Assembly: GCA_042850255.1 (NCBI GenBank)
Contig: AP031373.1
Coordinates: 690,001-722,000 of the forward strand
Source of the DNA: Nanobdellota archaeon
GTDB lineage: Archaea; Nanobdellota; Nanobdellia; Nanobdellales; Nanobdellaceae
Length of the DNA stretch: 32,000 nt
Direction: 5' to 3'
Below are positions 18,260 to 26,881 of this stretch, in pieces. Positions within the stretch are counted from its first letter, which is position 1, and each line of letters begins with the position of its first letter. The notes under the pieces were generated by a model that saw nothing but the letters and a program-made list of their open reading frames with translations, searched no databases and was not told the DNA's origin. A program made the translations under genes and the position numbers.

Positions 18260-19162
18260 TTATTCATAAACTTTATCATATATAGGAAATATTAAATACT
18301 TTTTATCTCTGATTGAATTTATTATATTTTCATTATTTTTATTTACAATTTTTATTGTAGAATTGTCCAATTTTAATAATTTTTTATTATTTTCTTTTAT
18401 AGTATTCCAACCAAGTATATTAATTATTTCTGAATAATCTTCATTTTCTATTGTCTTTAAAATATCTAATATTTCTCTTATATAACGACTTTTATTATTG
18501 AGATAATATTCTGCAATAAGAATTCCAAAAAGTTCTGATTTCTTTTTTATTATATCTTTTAATATCCCTATTTTCCTTATTTCTTCTCTTTTATTTTTTA
18601 TTAATTTATTTATCGTTTCACATAAATCTTTATAAAAATGATCATATGATTTGCTGCATGAATCATTCCTTTTATTTAGATAATTTTTATATTCATTTAA
18701 AATATAACTTTTTTCAATTTCGTTGGATAAAAGATAAGATATCTTATTCTTTATATTATTTACTTTAATATTATTTTTAGATAAAAATATATATGAAAGA
18801 AAAGAAATTAAAAAATACTTAATAGATATATAATCATTGAATAAGTTATCCTCTTGAACTATTTCATCTTTTAAATTTAAATTATCTAATAAAAATTCTA
18901 TGTATCCTTTTATAGAATTCCATATTATTATATTTTCTTCTTTATCATTTATTAAAGAGTCTATATAATCTTTATTTCCAGGTATTAAATATAATGTATT
19001 ATTACATAATACATAAGATAATTCTTCTCCAGTAATTATTTCTATACCACTTATTTCTATATTTTTTATTTCTTTGTTTATATCTTTTATAATTGTATTT
19101 AGATATTTTTTAATTTCATCTTTTTCATTATTTAATATATTATCCAAATTCTTGTCATACAT
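18260..19162 (-). CDS. family-A paralog A3 (300 aa), unknown function
   Basis: The N-terminus LDNILNNEKDEIKKYLN matches A2 LDNIIKEGAKKYIEKSL. ELSYVLCNNTLYLIPGNKDYI matches A2 EIAYELEGNKIYIYLPKDYF. The C-terminus IKIVNKNNENIINSIRDKKYLIF matches A2 IVIFSIKNENIENAIIKALEEKNLVL. Confidence 0.65.
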   Translation of the reverse strand: MYDKNLDNILNNEKDEIKKYLNTIIKDINKEIKNIEISGIEIITGEELSYVLCNNTLYLIPGNKDYIDSLINDKEENIIIWNSIKGYIEFLLDNLNLKDEIVQEDNLFNDYISIKYFLISFLSYIFLSKNNIKVNNIKNKISYLLSNEIEKSYILNEYKNYLNKRNDSCSKSYDHFYKDLCETINKLIKNKREEIRKIGILKDIIKKKSELFGILIAEYYLNNKSRYIREILDILKTIENEDYSEIINILGWNTIKENNKKLLKLDNSTIKIVNKNNENIINSIRDKKYLIFPIYDKVYE

Positions 19163-19192
19163 ACTAATATTTAATAAAAAAGTTTTACAATT

Positions 19193-19879
19193 TTATTTAA
19201 AATATTTACTTTTTGCTTCTTTATACTTCTCTTCAAATTCTTTTTTATATTCATCTTTAAGATTGTTAAAAGACGAACATAGAGAAATAACATATTTAAC
19301 CATTTTATCATTTTTAATGTTTGAATAAACCATAAATAAATATAATAAGGCATCTTCAGGATTGTCTAAAACTTTTAGACTTAAATTATTACCTACTTTA
19401 AGACATTCTTTTATATTAAAATTGGCTTTTTCTAATGTAGTACTATATAAATTATTTAAATATGTTTTTGCTTCTTCAGATAAATTTTTGTAAGTTTTTT
19501 CTAATAAAAAAGAGCATCTTCTAATCAAATCCGCTATTTTTATGAATTCGTTAAGATCCATTAAATTTGTTTTTTCATCTACACTAGCTAATTTGTTTAA
19601 AATAGAAACTATCGATAAATATCTAAGCATTTCTAATGAGTCTCCTAAATTTGTAAAATTATTTGTTTCATATTTATTTTTTAGTTCTTTTAATTCCATT
19701 CTTACATCATCCCTTTTTAAATACTCTAGAAGTTTTTTCGAATATTCTTTTACTTTATTTGGATCCGCATAACTTTGTGAGTAATAAGGTGAAGTTATTT
19801 TATTTAATAATGAATCTATATTATCTAAAACATCCATTTCTTCTTTATTTTCTTTTTTAAATATTTTTCTTATATCCAT
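19193..19879 (-). CDS. family-B paralog B2 (228 aa), unknown function
   Basis: It aligns by eye with B1: LEMLRYLSIV versus IEFLRYRILS; ADLIRRCS versus IDMARRSA; YLNNLYSTTLE versus KLNNIYYNLLE; and the C-terminal EYKKEFEEKYKEAK versus SYKKYIDEIYKYVKK. Confidence 0.65.
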   Translation of the reverse strand: MDIRKIFKKENKEEMDVLDNIDSLLNKITSPYYSQSYADPNKVKEYSKKLLEYLKRDDVRMELKELKNKYETNNFTNLGDSLEMLRYLSIVSILNKLASVDEKTNLMDLNEFIKIADLIRRCSFLLEKTYKNLSEEAKTYLNNLYSTTLEKANFNIKECLKVGNNLSLKVLDNPEDALLYLFMVYSNIKNDKMVKYVISLCSSFNNLKDEYKKEFEEKYKEAKSKYFK

Positions 19880-19947
19880 AAAAATAAAATTGTAAAAATA
19901 TTTATAAATATTTACTTAATAGATACTACCTGTATATAACTATAAAA

Positions 19948-21072
19948 TTAAAAAATCTGGTGTAAATATTTCGTACCATGGTCTGGTAGTATTACGATAA
20001 CATTTCCACTTATTTTCCCTTCATTATATAATTTCTCTACTGCAGATAATACTGCACCTGAACTAATACCAGGAAATATACCTGTACTTCTAGCAACCTT
20101 CATTATAGACTCCAATGCTTCTTCATATGTTATATCAATTATTTCGTCAAATTCCCCATATTTTACCCATTTCATTCCTGTTTCTATTCTTCTAATTCCT
20201 GGTATATGAGAACCTTTTGCAGGTTGTACTCCATAAGATCTTATATTATATCTAGATTTAAGATAAAACGATACTGCAGATGCATGACCTGAAGTACCCA
20301 AAGATCCTACAAATGCATCAGGTTTTATATTTGCTTTTCTTAATTGATAATCTATTTCCTTACCAGTTAATATATGCATCCTGAAATTTGCATCATTTTC
20401 AAATTGATTTAATACTATTGCATTATCCCTTCTAGCATCTTCGTATAATTCTCCCAAACTTTCTACAGTAGTATTATATTTAGTAACTTTAACTCCAGAT
20501 CCATATATAACTAAAAATAATTTCACTATTTCTTCTGGTATATTTTTTGTTAAATATATTACTGTCTTATAATTAAAATGTCTAGACATACTTACTAATG
20601 CAATACCTGTATTAGTAGATGTAGCTTCATATAATAACTTTTTATTACCATCTAGGATACCTCTCTCTTTTGCATCTTTTAACAATCCTAATGCTGTTCT
20701 ATCCTTTACACTTAAACTAAATGGATGATACCATTCTAATTTTGCATATATATTCAAACCTGGTATATAATCTAATTTTACTAATGGAGTTACAATATCT
20801 TTTTCTAATAGTTCTAATGGATTATTATATACTTTCGGACCTGATAATTTTTCTTCTATATCTCTATATGGATCTAAATTATCTAATGATATTCTTTCAT
20901 TATTATTATCCCCTATAGGTACATACTTTAATCCCAATGTTTTTAATGCATTATAGATATCCAAATTTTCTATTTTATTGTCCCTTATTACTATTGGCTC
21001 TGTAGACCAGGTTCTTATTATATCCCTTAACTTTACTATATATTTATCTATAGGTAGTAGTTCTCCTTTCAA
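19948..21072 (-). CDS. PLP-dependent O-phosphoserine sulfhydrylase / cysteine synthase of the crenarchaeal long type (about 90-aa N-terminal extension)
   Basis: It has the Schiff-base lysine motif LEWYHPFSLSVKDR, plus GSLGTSGHASAVSFYLKS and VQPAKGSHIPGIRRIETGM. From memory, these blocks closely match the Aeropyrum pernix OPSS-type enzyme. The only in-frame start is the TTG at 21072, so the start is uncertain. Confidence 0.85.
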   Translation of the reverse strand: MKGELLPIDKYIVKLRDIIRTWSTEPIVIRDNKIENLDIYNALKTLGLKYVPIGDNNNERISLDNLDPYRDIEEKLSGPKVYNNPLELLEKDIVTPLVKLDYIPGLNIYAKLEWYHPFSLSVKDRTALGLLKDAKERGILDGNKKLLYEATSTNTGIALVSMSRHFNYKTVIYLTKNIPEEIVKLFLVIYGSGVKVTKYNTTVESLGELYEDARRDNAIVLNQFENDANFRMHILTGKEIDYQLRKANIKPDAFVGSLGTSGHASAVSFYLKSRYNIRSYGVQPAKGSHIPGIRRIETGMKWVKYGEFDEIIDITYEEALESIMKVARSTGIFPGISSGAVLSAVEKLYNEGKISGNVIVILPDHGTKYLHQIF

Positions 21073-21139
21073 AGAATCGATTGGTACTGCACCGACTATC
21101 CATTGTTTTTAGTATTATTATCAAAATTTTTAATTTTTA

Positions 21140-21835
21140 TTAGGATTTATAGTAATTTTCTATATTTTTAAATACTAATTTTTTAACATATTTATATATT
21201 TCATCTATATATTTTTTGTATGATTCTGAGAGTCTATCATAAATTTTAGATAAAGTTTTTGCATAGCTAGAAATTCTTTGATCATTTTTATATATCATAT
21301 ATATTAATTCTGCGGTTTCTTTTATACTTCTTGGTATCGAAAGATTATTAGAACTAACATTTTCATCTTTTATATCAAGATTTTCTAATAAATTATAATA
21401 TATGTTATTTAATTTTTCTTTATATTCATTACCAATATAATAATATACTAAATACAAAGATAAAGCAGATCTTCTAGCCATATCTATTAAACTTGTATTT
21501 TTAATCCATTCTTCTAAATCACCTGATCCGTCTTCAGAAGCTCTCAATATATCCATTAAATCAGAAAGAATTCTATATCTTAAAAATTCTATTATTTCTT
21601 CTAAAGAAATAGGTTCGTTTTTTAATTTACTATTATTTTTAGCGAATATATCGAAAAAGCCTGTTTTTTTATTCTTTTTTCTCATATTAAAAATTTTTCT
21701 ATACATATATACAAAATTTTGATCTGTTCTTTTTTCTTTATCATGAAATATCTCTGTTACATAATTTAAAATAAAATCTAATTCTGAGTATTCGTATCCC
21801 AAATCTTTTAAACTTTTTGCCTTTTTTAGATCCAT
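21140..21835 (-). CDS. family-B paralog B1 (231 aa from ATG 21835), unknown function
   Basis: The track ORF begins at a TTG (21850). The ATG five codons downstream gives MDLKKAKS..., parallel to the B2 start MDIRKIFK. That ATG lies 1 nt after the A2 stop (21837-21839), which implies translational coupling. Confidence 0.65.
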   Translation of the reverse strand: MDLKKAKSLKDLGYEYSELDFILNYVTEIFHDKEKRTDQNFVYMYRKIFNMRKKNKKTGFFDIFAKNNSKLKNEPISLEEIIEFLRYRILSDLMDILRASEDGSGDLEEWIKNTSLIDMARRSALSLYLVYYYIGNEYKEKLNNIYYNLLENLDIKDENVSSNNLSIPRSIKETAELIYMIYKNDQRISSYAKTLSKIYDRLSESYKKYIDEIYKYVKKLVFKNIENYYKS

Positions 21836-21836
21836 A

Positions 21837-22820
21837 TTATATACAATCAATTAATCTTTTTGAAAATACATCTCTTGCCAAATCATATATATTATAGTTA
21901 GATTGAACAGCTAATACTAGATTCTTTTCTTCTAATGCTTTTATTATAGCATTTTCTATATTTTCATTTTTAATAGAAAATATAACAATATCTCCCTTTA
22001 TATAATCTTTTCTTTTTTCTACTGTGGGTTTCAGTTTATAGTATTTTATTATATCTATACTTTCTTCTCCCATATCTTTATATAAATATATACCAGCCAA
22101 AATTCCATAAACATTTGAAATATACTCTACCATTTTATCTATAACCTTATTATTTGAAAAAGATTCTAACTTTTTTTTAATTTCATCTTTATCTAAATTA
22201 TTTTTACTTTTTTTAATGTTTTCTATATATATTTTATATTCATTAATATCCGTTTCATTCTCTTTATATAAGTCTTCAAATTTTGATAAATATAAATATG
22301 TCCTATACACTAATCCAAACCTATGATATTGAATATCTTCTTCTTCATCTAGATAATTATATAAATAAAATATAGATGTGATTAATTGTCTTAAAAATAC
22401 GTCATTAAAAATATAATCTCCAATTATTATTCTATAATTTGCTACAGGAAATGTATCTTTTAAAGCATAATGTAAATATGCATCTAAAATTATAAATGGT
22501 AATGCATCTTCATCTCTTTTATTTATTTCCGAGTTTTTAATAAGTTTTTTGGTATATTTTTTATTTATAATTCCTTTAGTTTCTTTTAAAATAGATGGAA
22601 AATAATCTTTAGGTAGGTAAATATATATTTTATTACCTTCTAATTCATAAGCAATTTCATTTCCATCACGTTCATTTTCATAAGGATTATTTACTATATT
22701 TTCATAATCTTCAGTATGTAACTTTTCTTTTATACTCTTTATAATATAATTCGCAATTACTAAAGATTTTTCTATATATTTTTTAGCCCCTTCTTTAATA
22801 ATATTATCTAAATCATTCAT
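21837..22820 (-). CDS. family-A paralog A2 (327 aa), unknown function
   Basis: See A3 and A4. Its ATG overlaps the A1 stop (ATGA at 22817-22820). It contains LDAYLHYALKD at the position where a peptidase-like HExxH would sit, but that motif is not intact. Confidence 0.65.
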   Translation of the reverse strand: MNDLDNIIKEGAKKYIEKSLVIANYIIKSIKEKLHTEDYENIVNNPYENERDGNEIAYELEGNKIYIYLPKDYFPSILKETKGIINKKYTKKLIKNSEINKRDEDALPFIILDAYLHYALKDTFPVANYRIIIGDYIFNDVFLRQLITSIFYLYNYLDEEEDIQYHRFGLVYRTYLYLSKFEDLYKENETDINEYKIYIENIKKSKNNLDKDEIKKKLESFSNNKVIDKMVEYISNVYGILAGIYLYKDMGEESIDIIKYYKLKPTVEKRKDYIKGDIVIFSIKNENIENAIIKALEEKNLVLAVQSNYNIYDLARDVFSKRLIDCI

Positions 22821-23668
22821 CTTATATATTTTTGAATATCTCCTATAAGTTTAACCAGTCTATTATCTAATCTATAATTATTCATTTCTTTTATTGTATT
22901 ATCTTCCTTAATATTTTTCAATATACTATCTTCAATTATCTTATCTAATCCTATATATTCTTTATCTTCATTAGCCCATATGTTATTTTTAATATAATTT
23001 ATACTATTTTTTCCATATTTTTCATAATATTTTTTTGAAATAACTAAAGATAAAAGTTCTGTTTTAGTTTCTAAAAAATAATATATAGAATCTGATATAA
23101 TATTTTCGTTAAAATTATTTATATGATTTTTTATAGTCTCTAAATATTTATATTTTTCTTTAATTTTATCTAAAAGATAATTTACTTCTGAATTATAATC
23201 TTTATAATAATTACTTAGTATATTTAATAATGTGAATGTAAGAACTTTAGACCATAAATCCTTACTTAAAATATAATCACCTATACTATCCTCAAAGTAT
23301 ACTTTATTTTTCTTAAATAAATTCGATATCATTGGAGAAATCAAGGACATATATTTAATTACTATTATATAATGTAAAGGTCTATAATATTTTATATTAG
23401 GGTCATCTAAATTATCAGTCCTGTAATAATAATATTCAAAATTTTTACATTCTAATTCCTCTATATATATTATATTATTATTTTTACTATTGTATAATTG
23501 AATTATTTCATGATTATTACATGGATTAAATATTTTTATCCTCCCTATTATATCGTTTAATTTACTTTTTATACCCAAAATTTTATTTATTTTTCTAATC
23601 AATCCTTCAGAAATATCTAAAGACGCAAGTATATAAGAATCTGAAGGTTCTATAACCTCTTTATCCAT
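22817..23668 (-). CDS. family-A paralog A1 (283 aa), unknown function
   Basis: First gene of the A1-A2-B1 overlapping trio. It shares the E(K/E)YGKNSI(N/E)(Y/E)IK motif with A4. Confidence 0.65.
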   Translation of the reverse strand: MDKEVIEPSDSYILASLDISEGLIRKINKILGIKSKLNDIIGRIKIFNPCNNHEIIQLYNSKNNNIIYIEELECKNFEYYYYRTDNLDDPNIKYYRPLHYIIVIKYMSLISPMISNLFKKNKVYFEDSIGDYILSKDLWSKVLTFTLLNILSNYYKDYNSEVNYLLDKIKEKYKYLETIKNHINNFNENIISDSIYYFLETKTELLSLVISKKYYEKYGKNSINYIKNNIWANEDKEYIGLDKIIEDSILKNIKEDNTIKEMNNYRLDNRLVKLIGDIQKYIR

Positions 23669-23798
23669 ATTTTAATATAATTATTTATTTTAGCCTTTGA
23701 ATGATTCATATAATACTATAGAAGGAAATCTTAATAAGTTATATCTATATAGTAGTAAAAATTATATTTCTTAAATAACTTATTTTAGAAAATAAATA

Positions 23799-24635
23799 AT
23801 GCTATCAAACAATCTTATAAAATTCTTATCGAATAATGAAGGGACATTGAATATTATAAAAAATGCTCCAGAATCTGATGAAGAATTTAGAAAAATAATA
23901 AAAGAAATAATAATAAAAGAATCTAAGATTTTAAAGAATATTATACTGGGAAAAGATATTATAAATTCCATGAAAGCAGGATACAAAAATGCAATTTTAG
24001 GATATTTACATTCTGCTGAAGAAAATAATAGATTTATAATAGAAAGAGCTTCTTTAATTGTATTTATTAAGAATACAACAAAGAAATATTATAAAGCATT
24101 AAAGAATATGGATTGGCATAAGTTAGTTGATGATAGTTTTATAATAAGATCTGGAGGAGAAGCTTTTGGAAAAATAAGAAAGTATATAGATATTAAAGAA
24201 ATAAATAAATATACAATATATTTAGCTGGAAATCCAGTATGCGAAAAACATTTAAAATGGAAAGAATATTCAATATCTATTAATAAATTGTATAAAAAAT
24301 TTGAATTTAAAAGGGAAATAAAATGTAAGTATTGTAATAAAAAAGCAAAATATTTTACTTTATGTATGCCAAAGGCGAGTGCTTTAATATATTTAGCATG
24401 TAAAATTGTAAATAAGAATCCTAATAATTTATTAAAAATATATTCTAATATTTCTAGAATACTACATCCTTATGGATTTACAGATTTAAATGAAGATATT
24501 GTATTTTCAATATGGGCTAGAGATTTATTATTAATAATTATTGAAATAAATAATTTATTATTTCCAGATAAATATAATGAGAAAATTTATCCAATAGATC
24601 TAGTAAAAAATTATAAAAATATTTTAAAAAGTTAA
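23799..24635 (+). CDS. hypothetical protein (278 aa) with a possible CxxH...CxxC zinc-binding element
   Basis: ATG ORF containing PVCEKH...(about 27 aa)...CKYCNKKAKYFTLC. Its 3' end overlaps the convergent DsrE-like gene by 12 nt. Confidence 0.55.
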   Translation: MLSNNLIKFLSNNEGTLNIIKNAPESDEEFRKIIKEIIIKESKILKNIILGKDIINSMKAGYKNAILGYLHSAEENNRFIIERASLIVFIKNTTKKYYKALKNMDWHKLVDDSFIIRSGGEAFGKIRKYIDIKEINKYTIYLAGNPVCEKHLKWKEYSISINKLYKKFEFKREIKCKYCNKKAKYFTLCMPKASALIYLACKIVNKNPNNLLKIYSNISRILHPYGFTDLNEDIVFSIWARDLLLIIIEINNLLFPDKYNEKIYPIDLVKNYKNILKS

Positions 24636-24965
24636 AATTGTATAACCTCTATCTGCATGTTCTAATATTATTTCTGCTCCTTTAGATATTTCATCTACGT
24701 ATACTAAATCTTCTTTACTTATATTATAATTTTTCATTGCAGTTTCACATGCAAATACTTTTACTCCCAATTTATTTAAATTATCTTTTGCATTTAATAT
24801 TAAATTTGATAACTGATTATTTTTTGTTAAAACTCTAATTCCTGGTCCTAAAAATACTATTTTAACATCTTCTGCTCCCAGATTTTTTAATGCTTGTGAT
24901 ACATTCAATCCTGTTCCTACATTTAAAGAATCTTCAGATTTTATTACAACTAAGAACTTTGCCAT
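24624..24965 (-). CDS. DsrE/DsrF-like family small protein (113 aa)
   Basis: Typical layout: MAKFLVVIKS (beta1) ... ALKNLGAEDVKIVFLGPGIRVL ... LGVKVFACETAMKNYNI (conserved Cys) ... GYTILTF. Confidence 0.6.
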   Translation of the reverse strand: MAKFLVVIKSEDSLNVGTGLNVSQALKNLGAEDVKIVFLGPGIRVLTKNNQLSNLILNAKDNLNKLGVKVFACETAMKNYNISKEDLVYVDEISKGAEIILEHADRGYTILTF

Positions 24966-25071
24966 TTATATTAAATTTACAATAATCTTATAAGCATGTT
25001 ATATTATCCTATAAAAATCATCTTATAAAATTAAAATATATTACAACCACATTAGATAAATCCTCAATATA

Positions 25072-25506
25072 TTAGCTTTCCATTAATAATTCATTTATTT
25101 TAGATCCTTTATCATATTTTAATGCTATAGCCCCAAATATTATTAAATAAATCCAACAAATTACAGATCCTGCTCTTCCAAATGAATATTGAGAAAATTC
25201 TAAATGTCCTATTAAAGGTTGAGAAGTTACTCCAGGAATTGCAATTATTCCTGATATAAAAAATAATACAATATTAATTATTGAATATATCCATGCAGGC
25301 CAATACCACATTCTTAATCCAAAAATATATATTATTGCTACAAATGTATATAATGCAATTTCTGTATCTAAATACATAGTTGCAACTGGTGTTGCAGCAG
25401 GAATTGCATATAAATGTGCAGCTATTTCAAATAGAGCAGCAAATGCTAAAGAAAACCTTAGGAATTTAATTAAAGAATATGGACCAGTTCTAATATTTAT
25501 CTTCAT
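25072..25506 (-). CDS. small 4-TM membrane protein, paralog of 16730-17143
   Basis: 144 aa, with the shared motifs listed under 16730-17143. It lies directly upstream of, and co-directional with, the DsrE-like gene. Confidence 0.7.
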   Translation of the reverse strand: MKINIRTGPYSLIKFLRFSLAFAALFEIAAHLYAIPAATPVATMYLDTEIALYTFVAIIYIFGLRMWYWPAWIYSIINIVLFFISGIIAIPGVTSQPLIGHLEFSQYSFGRAGSVICWIYLIIFGAIALKYDKGSKINELLMES

Positions 25507-25530
25507 ACTTTGTTTTAAATATTTAGAAAT

Positions 25531-25536
25531 TTATAA
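25531..25536. promoter_or_regulatory. central TTATAA in a 52-nt divergent spacer (candidate shared bidirectional TATA box)
   Basis: The hexamer lies 25 nt from the minus-strand ATG (25506) and 23 nt from the plus-strand ATG (25559). It is the only TATA-like element in the spacer with suitable spacing to both. Confidence 0.4.
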
Positions 25537-25558
25537 GGATTTTTACAATAACATAGTT

Positions 25559-26098
25559 ATGAAAAGGGAAATAATTTATATAGGAGAAAATAAAGTTTCT
25601 TTAAAACAATACATCTTTATTTTATTTTTAATAGCTTTATTAGGAACTTTTATATATTACATATTATCACAATTTTTACCAAATTTGATAGGTATTTTAA
25701 TATGTTCTATAGTAGTTGCAATAAATTTAGTTTATTTAAATAGATATTATATTAAAAAAGGATTAGTAATACCAACATTTAGAAAAAGAATAAATATAAA
25801 TAATATATTTGTCTTAGGTGATAAAAATAGTCCTATAGATCAGGAAGTAATAAATAAAAATGAAGAAATAATAAAAAATTTAGATCAAAACTCTAAGGAA
25901 TATAAAAGAAGATTAATATTATTGAGTTTGATGTATTTACAAAATTCAATAGTATATAATAATAAGGAATATTATGATAAAGCTAAAGAATATTTAGAAA
26001 AAATAGATAATTTTGAAGATTTAGATAACGATACAAAAAATTTATTTAATGCACTTAAAAATAAGATAGAAGAATATAAAAATTTATTTTATAATTAA
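25559..26098 (+). CDS. membrane-anchored hypothetical protein (two N-terminal TM helices, helical C-terminal domain, 179 aa)
   Basis: ATG ORF. Hydrophobic segments IFILFLIALLGTFIYYIL and LIGILICSIVVAINLVYL are present. Confidence 0.55.
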   Translation: MKREIIYIGENKVSLKQYIFILFLIALLGTFIYYILSQFLPNLIGILICSIVVAINLVYLNRYYIKKGLVIPTFRKRININNIFVLGDKNSPIDQEVINKNEEIIKNLDQNSKEYKRRLILLSLMYLQNSIVYNNKEYYDKAKEYLEKIDNFEDLDNDTKNLFNALKNKIEEYKNLFYN

Positions 26099-26733
26099 AT
26101 ATTATTTAAATCAATAAAATCAGCCAATATATCTTCTTGTAAATCTAATAATAAATATTCTTTAACATTTTTTAATCCTTTATAATATAGAGTTCTCCTA
26201 TCTCTTATATTTAAATCTGCAAAATCTCTAAATATTAATGCAGGAATATATTTATCTTCAAATATTCTTAAAGAGATAAATCTTGTAATTCTTTTTTTAG
26301 TAGAATCAATTAACCACCATTTATTTCCATCATATACTAAATTTACTACATGATCTGACATTAAACTTTCATTAGGTTGAAATACATTTTTTATATCTAT
26401 TGTACCCAATAGTGCTACAGGAAAATCTAATTTTCTCAATATTGCAGCAGTTAATAACGCAAATTCGGAACATGCTCCTCTAATCTTTTTATCTTCCATT
26501 TCTTTTACAGAATATATATGCTCTACAGGTACATTATTTAATGGTCTAAAATAGTTAGAAATTATTTTAAATGGTGCTCTTAATTTTTCTCTTAATGGTT
26601 TATCTTTATATTCTTCTATAGCTTTTGCAATAATTTTATCTTCGTATGGTTCACTAAATTCTCCAAATGTTTTAAAGAAATCTATGTTATTTAATAAAAA
26701 TTTATATTGTTCTATAAAATCTTCTGGATACAT
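26095..26733 (-). CDS. transglutaminase-like cysteine protease-fold protein
   Basis: Cys-His-Asp triad context: RGACSEFALLTAAILRKLDFP ... SDHVVNLVY ... KWWLIDST. Confidence 0.65.
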   Translation of the reverse strand: MYPEDFIEQYKFLLNNIDFFKTFGEFSEPYEDKIIAKAIEEYKDKPLREKLRAPFKIISNYFRPLNNVPVEHIYSVKEMEDKKIRGACSEFALLTAAILRKLDFPVALLGTIDIKNVFQPNESLMSDHVVNLVYDGNKWWLIDSTKKRITRFISLRIFEDKYIPALIFRDFADLNIRDRRTLYYKGLKNVKEYLLLDLQEDILADFIDLNNI

Positions 26734-26881
26734 ATTTATGTTTATTATATTTATTCTTTTAAATAAATTAGCTAATTTTTATTAATCAAGATTATAAATA
26801 TATTTTACAATAATTTATTATACATAATAAATTTACTAAGAATTTATTATGACTCTATTGCTTTTGTAAAAATATCAAAAA

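Noticed and set aside
19074-19860. Cluster of short overlapping ORFs (19074-19328 +, 19171-19353 -, 19542-19772 +, 19663-19860 +) around gene B2.
   Set aside because: They are out-of-frame or antisense to B2 and A3, which have paralog support. Their sequences are low-complexity.
21836-21850. TTG-extended start of B1 (MIVYN...) as given in the ORF track.
   Set aside because: The codon at 21850 is TTG. The ATG at 21835 gives an N-terminus parallel to paralog B2 and abuts the A2 stop, so the shorter model is preferred.
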